DNA of 64,000 bases from an uncultured Ruminococcus sp. (GTDB lineage Bacteria > Bacillota > Clostridia > Oscillospirales > CAG-382). Below are positions 63,264 to 64,000 of the stretch, piece by piece. Made by a program: the position numbers and the translations under genes. How positions within the stretch are numbered: position 1 is the stretch's first letter; each line of letters starts with the position of its first letter. Under the pieces are notes generated by a model. That model was given only the letters and a program-made list of their open reading frames with translations, did no database searches and was not told the DNA's origin. The stretch is taken from the NCBI GenBank assembly GCA_964530795.1, contig CAZHBX010000001.1:92-64091 (forward strand), read 5' to 3'.

Positions 63264-63464
63264 TCAAGCCTTGCCGGAAATTTCTTTTTCCCGCAGCACG
63301 GTCAACATCCGCGCAATGGTCCTGCGCGTCTCGACGATCTTCATCGGATTGTCCAACTGGTTAATGGAATGCTGCATCCGCAGGTTGAACAGTGCTTCTT
63401 TCTGTTCGCGGACGGCCTTGGTCAGTTCGGAAGCGGTCATTTCTCTGATTTCCTTGATCTCCAT
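63264..63464 (-). CDS. rpmC: 50S ribosomal protein L29
   Basis: 66 aa with [27 protein letters not shown]. Confidence 0.95.
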   Translation of the reverse strand: MEIKEIREMTASELTKAVREQKEALFNLRMQHSINQLDNPMKIVETRRTIARMLTVLREKEISGKA

Positions 63465-63467
63465 CCC

Positions 63468-63896
63468 TTACGCCTCCTGATTCTCCAGTTCCGCCCTCGT
63501 GGCGAACTTGCACTTGATCGGCAGCTTGTGGGAGGCCAGCCGCATCGCTTCCCGCGCGGCGTCCTCGGGAATCCCGTCCATCTCGAACATCACGCGTCCC
63601 GGCTTGACCACCGCCACCCAGTATTCCGGCGAGCCTTTCCCGGAACCCATGCGGGTTTCCGCGGGCTTTTCCGTCACCGGCTTATCCGGGAAGATCTTGA
63701 TCCAGACGTTGCCCCCGCGCTTGATCGAACGCGTCATCGCGACACGGGCGGCCTCGATCTGGTTCGACGTGATCCACGCCGGTTCCAGCGCGACGAGTCC
63801 GTACTGTCCGTCGGTGATCCGGTTGCCGCGATAGGCTTTGCCGGTCATTCTGCCGCGGTGGACACGTCTGTATTTGACTCTCTTGGGCATTAACAT
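63468..63896 (-). CDS. rplP: 50S ribosomal protein L16
   Basis: [18 protein letters not shown]-terminus. The start overlaps the rpsC stop as TAATG. Confidence 0.95.
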   Translation of the reverse strand: MLMPKRVKYRRVHRGRMTGKAYRGNRITDGQYGLVALEPAWITSNQIEAARVAMTRSIKRGGNVWIKIFPDKPVTEKPAETRMGSGKGSPEYWVAVVKPGRVMFEMDGIPEDAAREAMRLASHKLPIKCKFATRAELENQEA

Positions 63897-64000
63897 TACC
63901 GTCTACCTCCCTCGCGTACATTGGTGCGCTTGACCTCGGAGAGAACCTCGCCCTTGTAGATCCAAACCTTGACGCCGATCTTCCCGTAGGTCGTCCGTGC
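63896..64000 (-). CDS. rpsC: 30S ribosomal protein S3, C-terminal 34 codons (partial, cut by window end)
   Basis: Hand translation: [34 protein letters not shown]-stop. It sits in the conserved position upstream of rplP. Confidence 0.85.
   Translation of the reverse strand, partial: ARTTYGKIGVKVWIYKGEVLSEVKRTNVREGGRR

Overview
This 64-kb window comes from a high-GC, endospore-forming, Clostridia-type Firmicute. That assignment is inferred from the spoIIAA-spoIIAB-sigF operon, the gene order and the GC-rich codon usage.

Layout:
- 0.2-39.1 kb: housekeeping genes. These include fba, a PPi-type PFK, the spoIIA operon, clpB, nifS-nifU, plsY-der-DUF512, yceD-rpmF, trmK, apgM, galT, mscS, parAB, serS, lnt, adhE, trxA, a ZIP transporter, metY, mnmA and glgB.
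- 39.2-45.4 kb (minus strand): a tightly coupled six-gene phosphonate operon. It carries a Fom1-like cytidylyltransferase-PEP-mutase fusion with an EDK-X5-NS motif, plus phosphonopyruvate decarboxylase. The partner enzymes are non-canonical and no aminotransferase is present.
- 45.6-47.4 kb: a beta-helix lipoprotein.
- 47.4-52.3 kb: a visibly lower-GC accessory segment. It holds a degenerate ABC-ATPase-like gene, several decayed gene stumps and one large intact gene encoding a 7TM-SUMF1-flavodoxin-cyclophilin-like fusion.
- 52.3-64.0 kb (minus strand): the S10/spc/alpha ribosomal protein operons, from rpsC (partial) through rplQ. I translated rpmJ and rpmD by hand because they are absent from the ORF track.

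I found no rRNA, tRNA, CRISPR array, transposase or integrase.

Many long track ORFs are antisense artefacts of high GC content. Several of the longest ORFs start inside near-consensus sigma-A promoters (TTGACA-17-TATAAT), so I moved those starts downstream.

All family assignments were made by eye from motifs. No database search was run.
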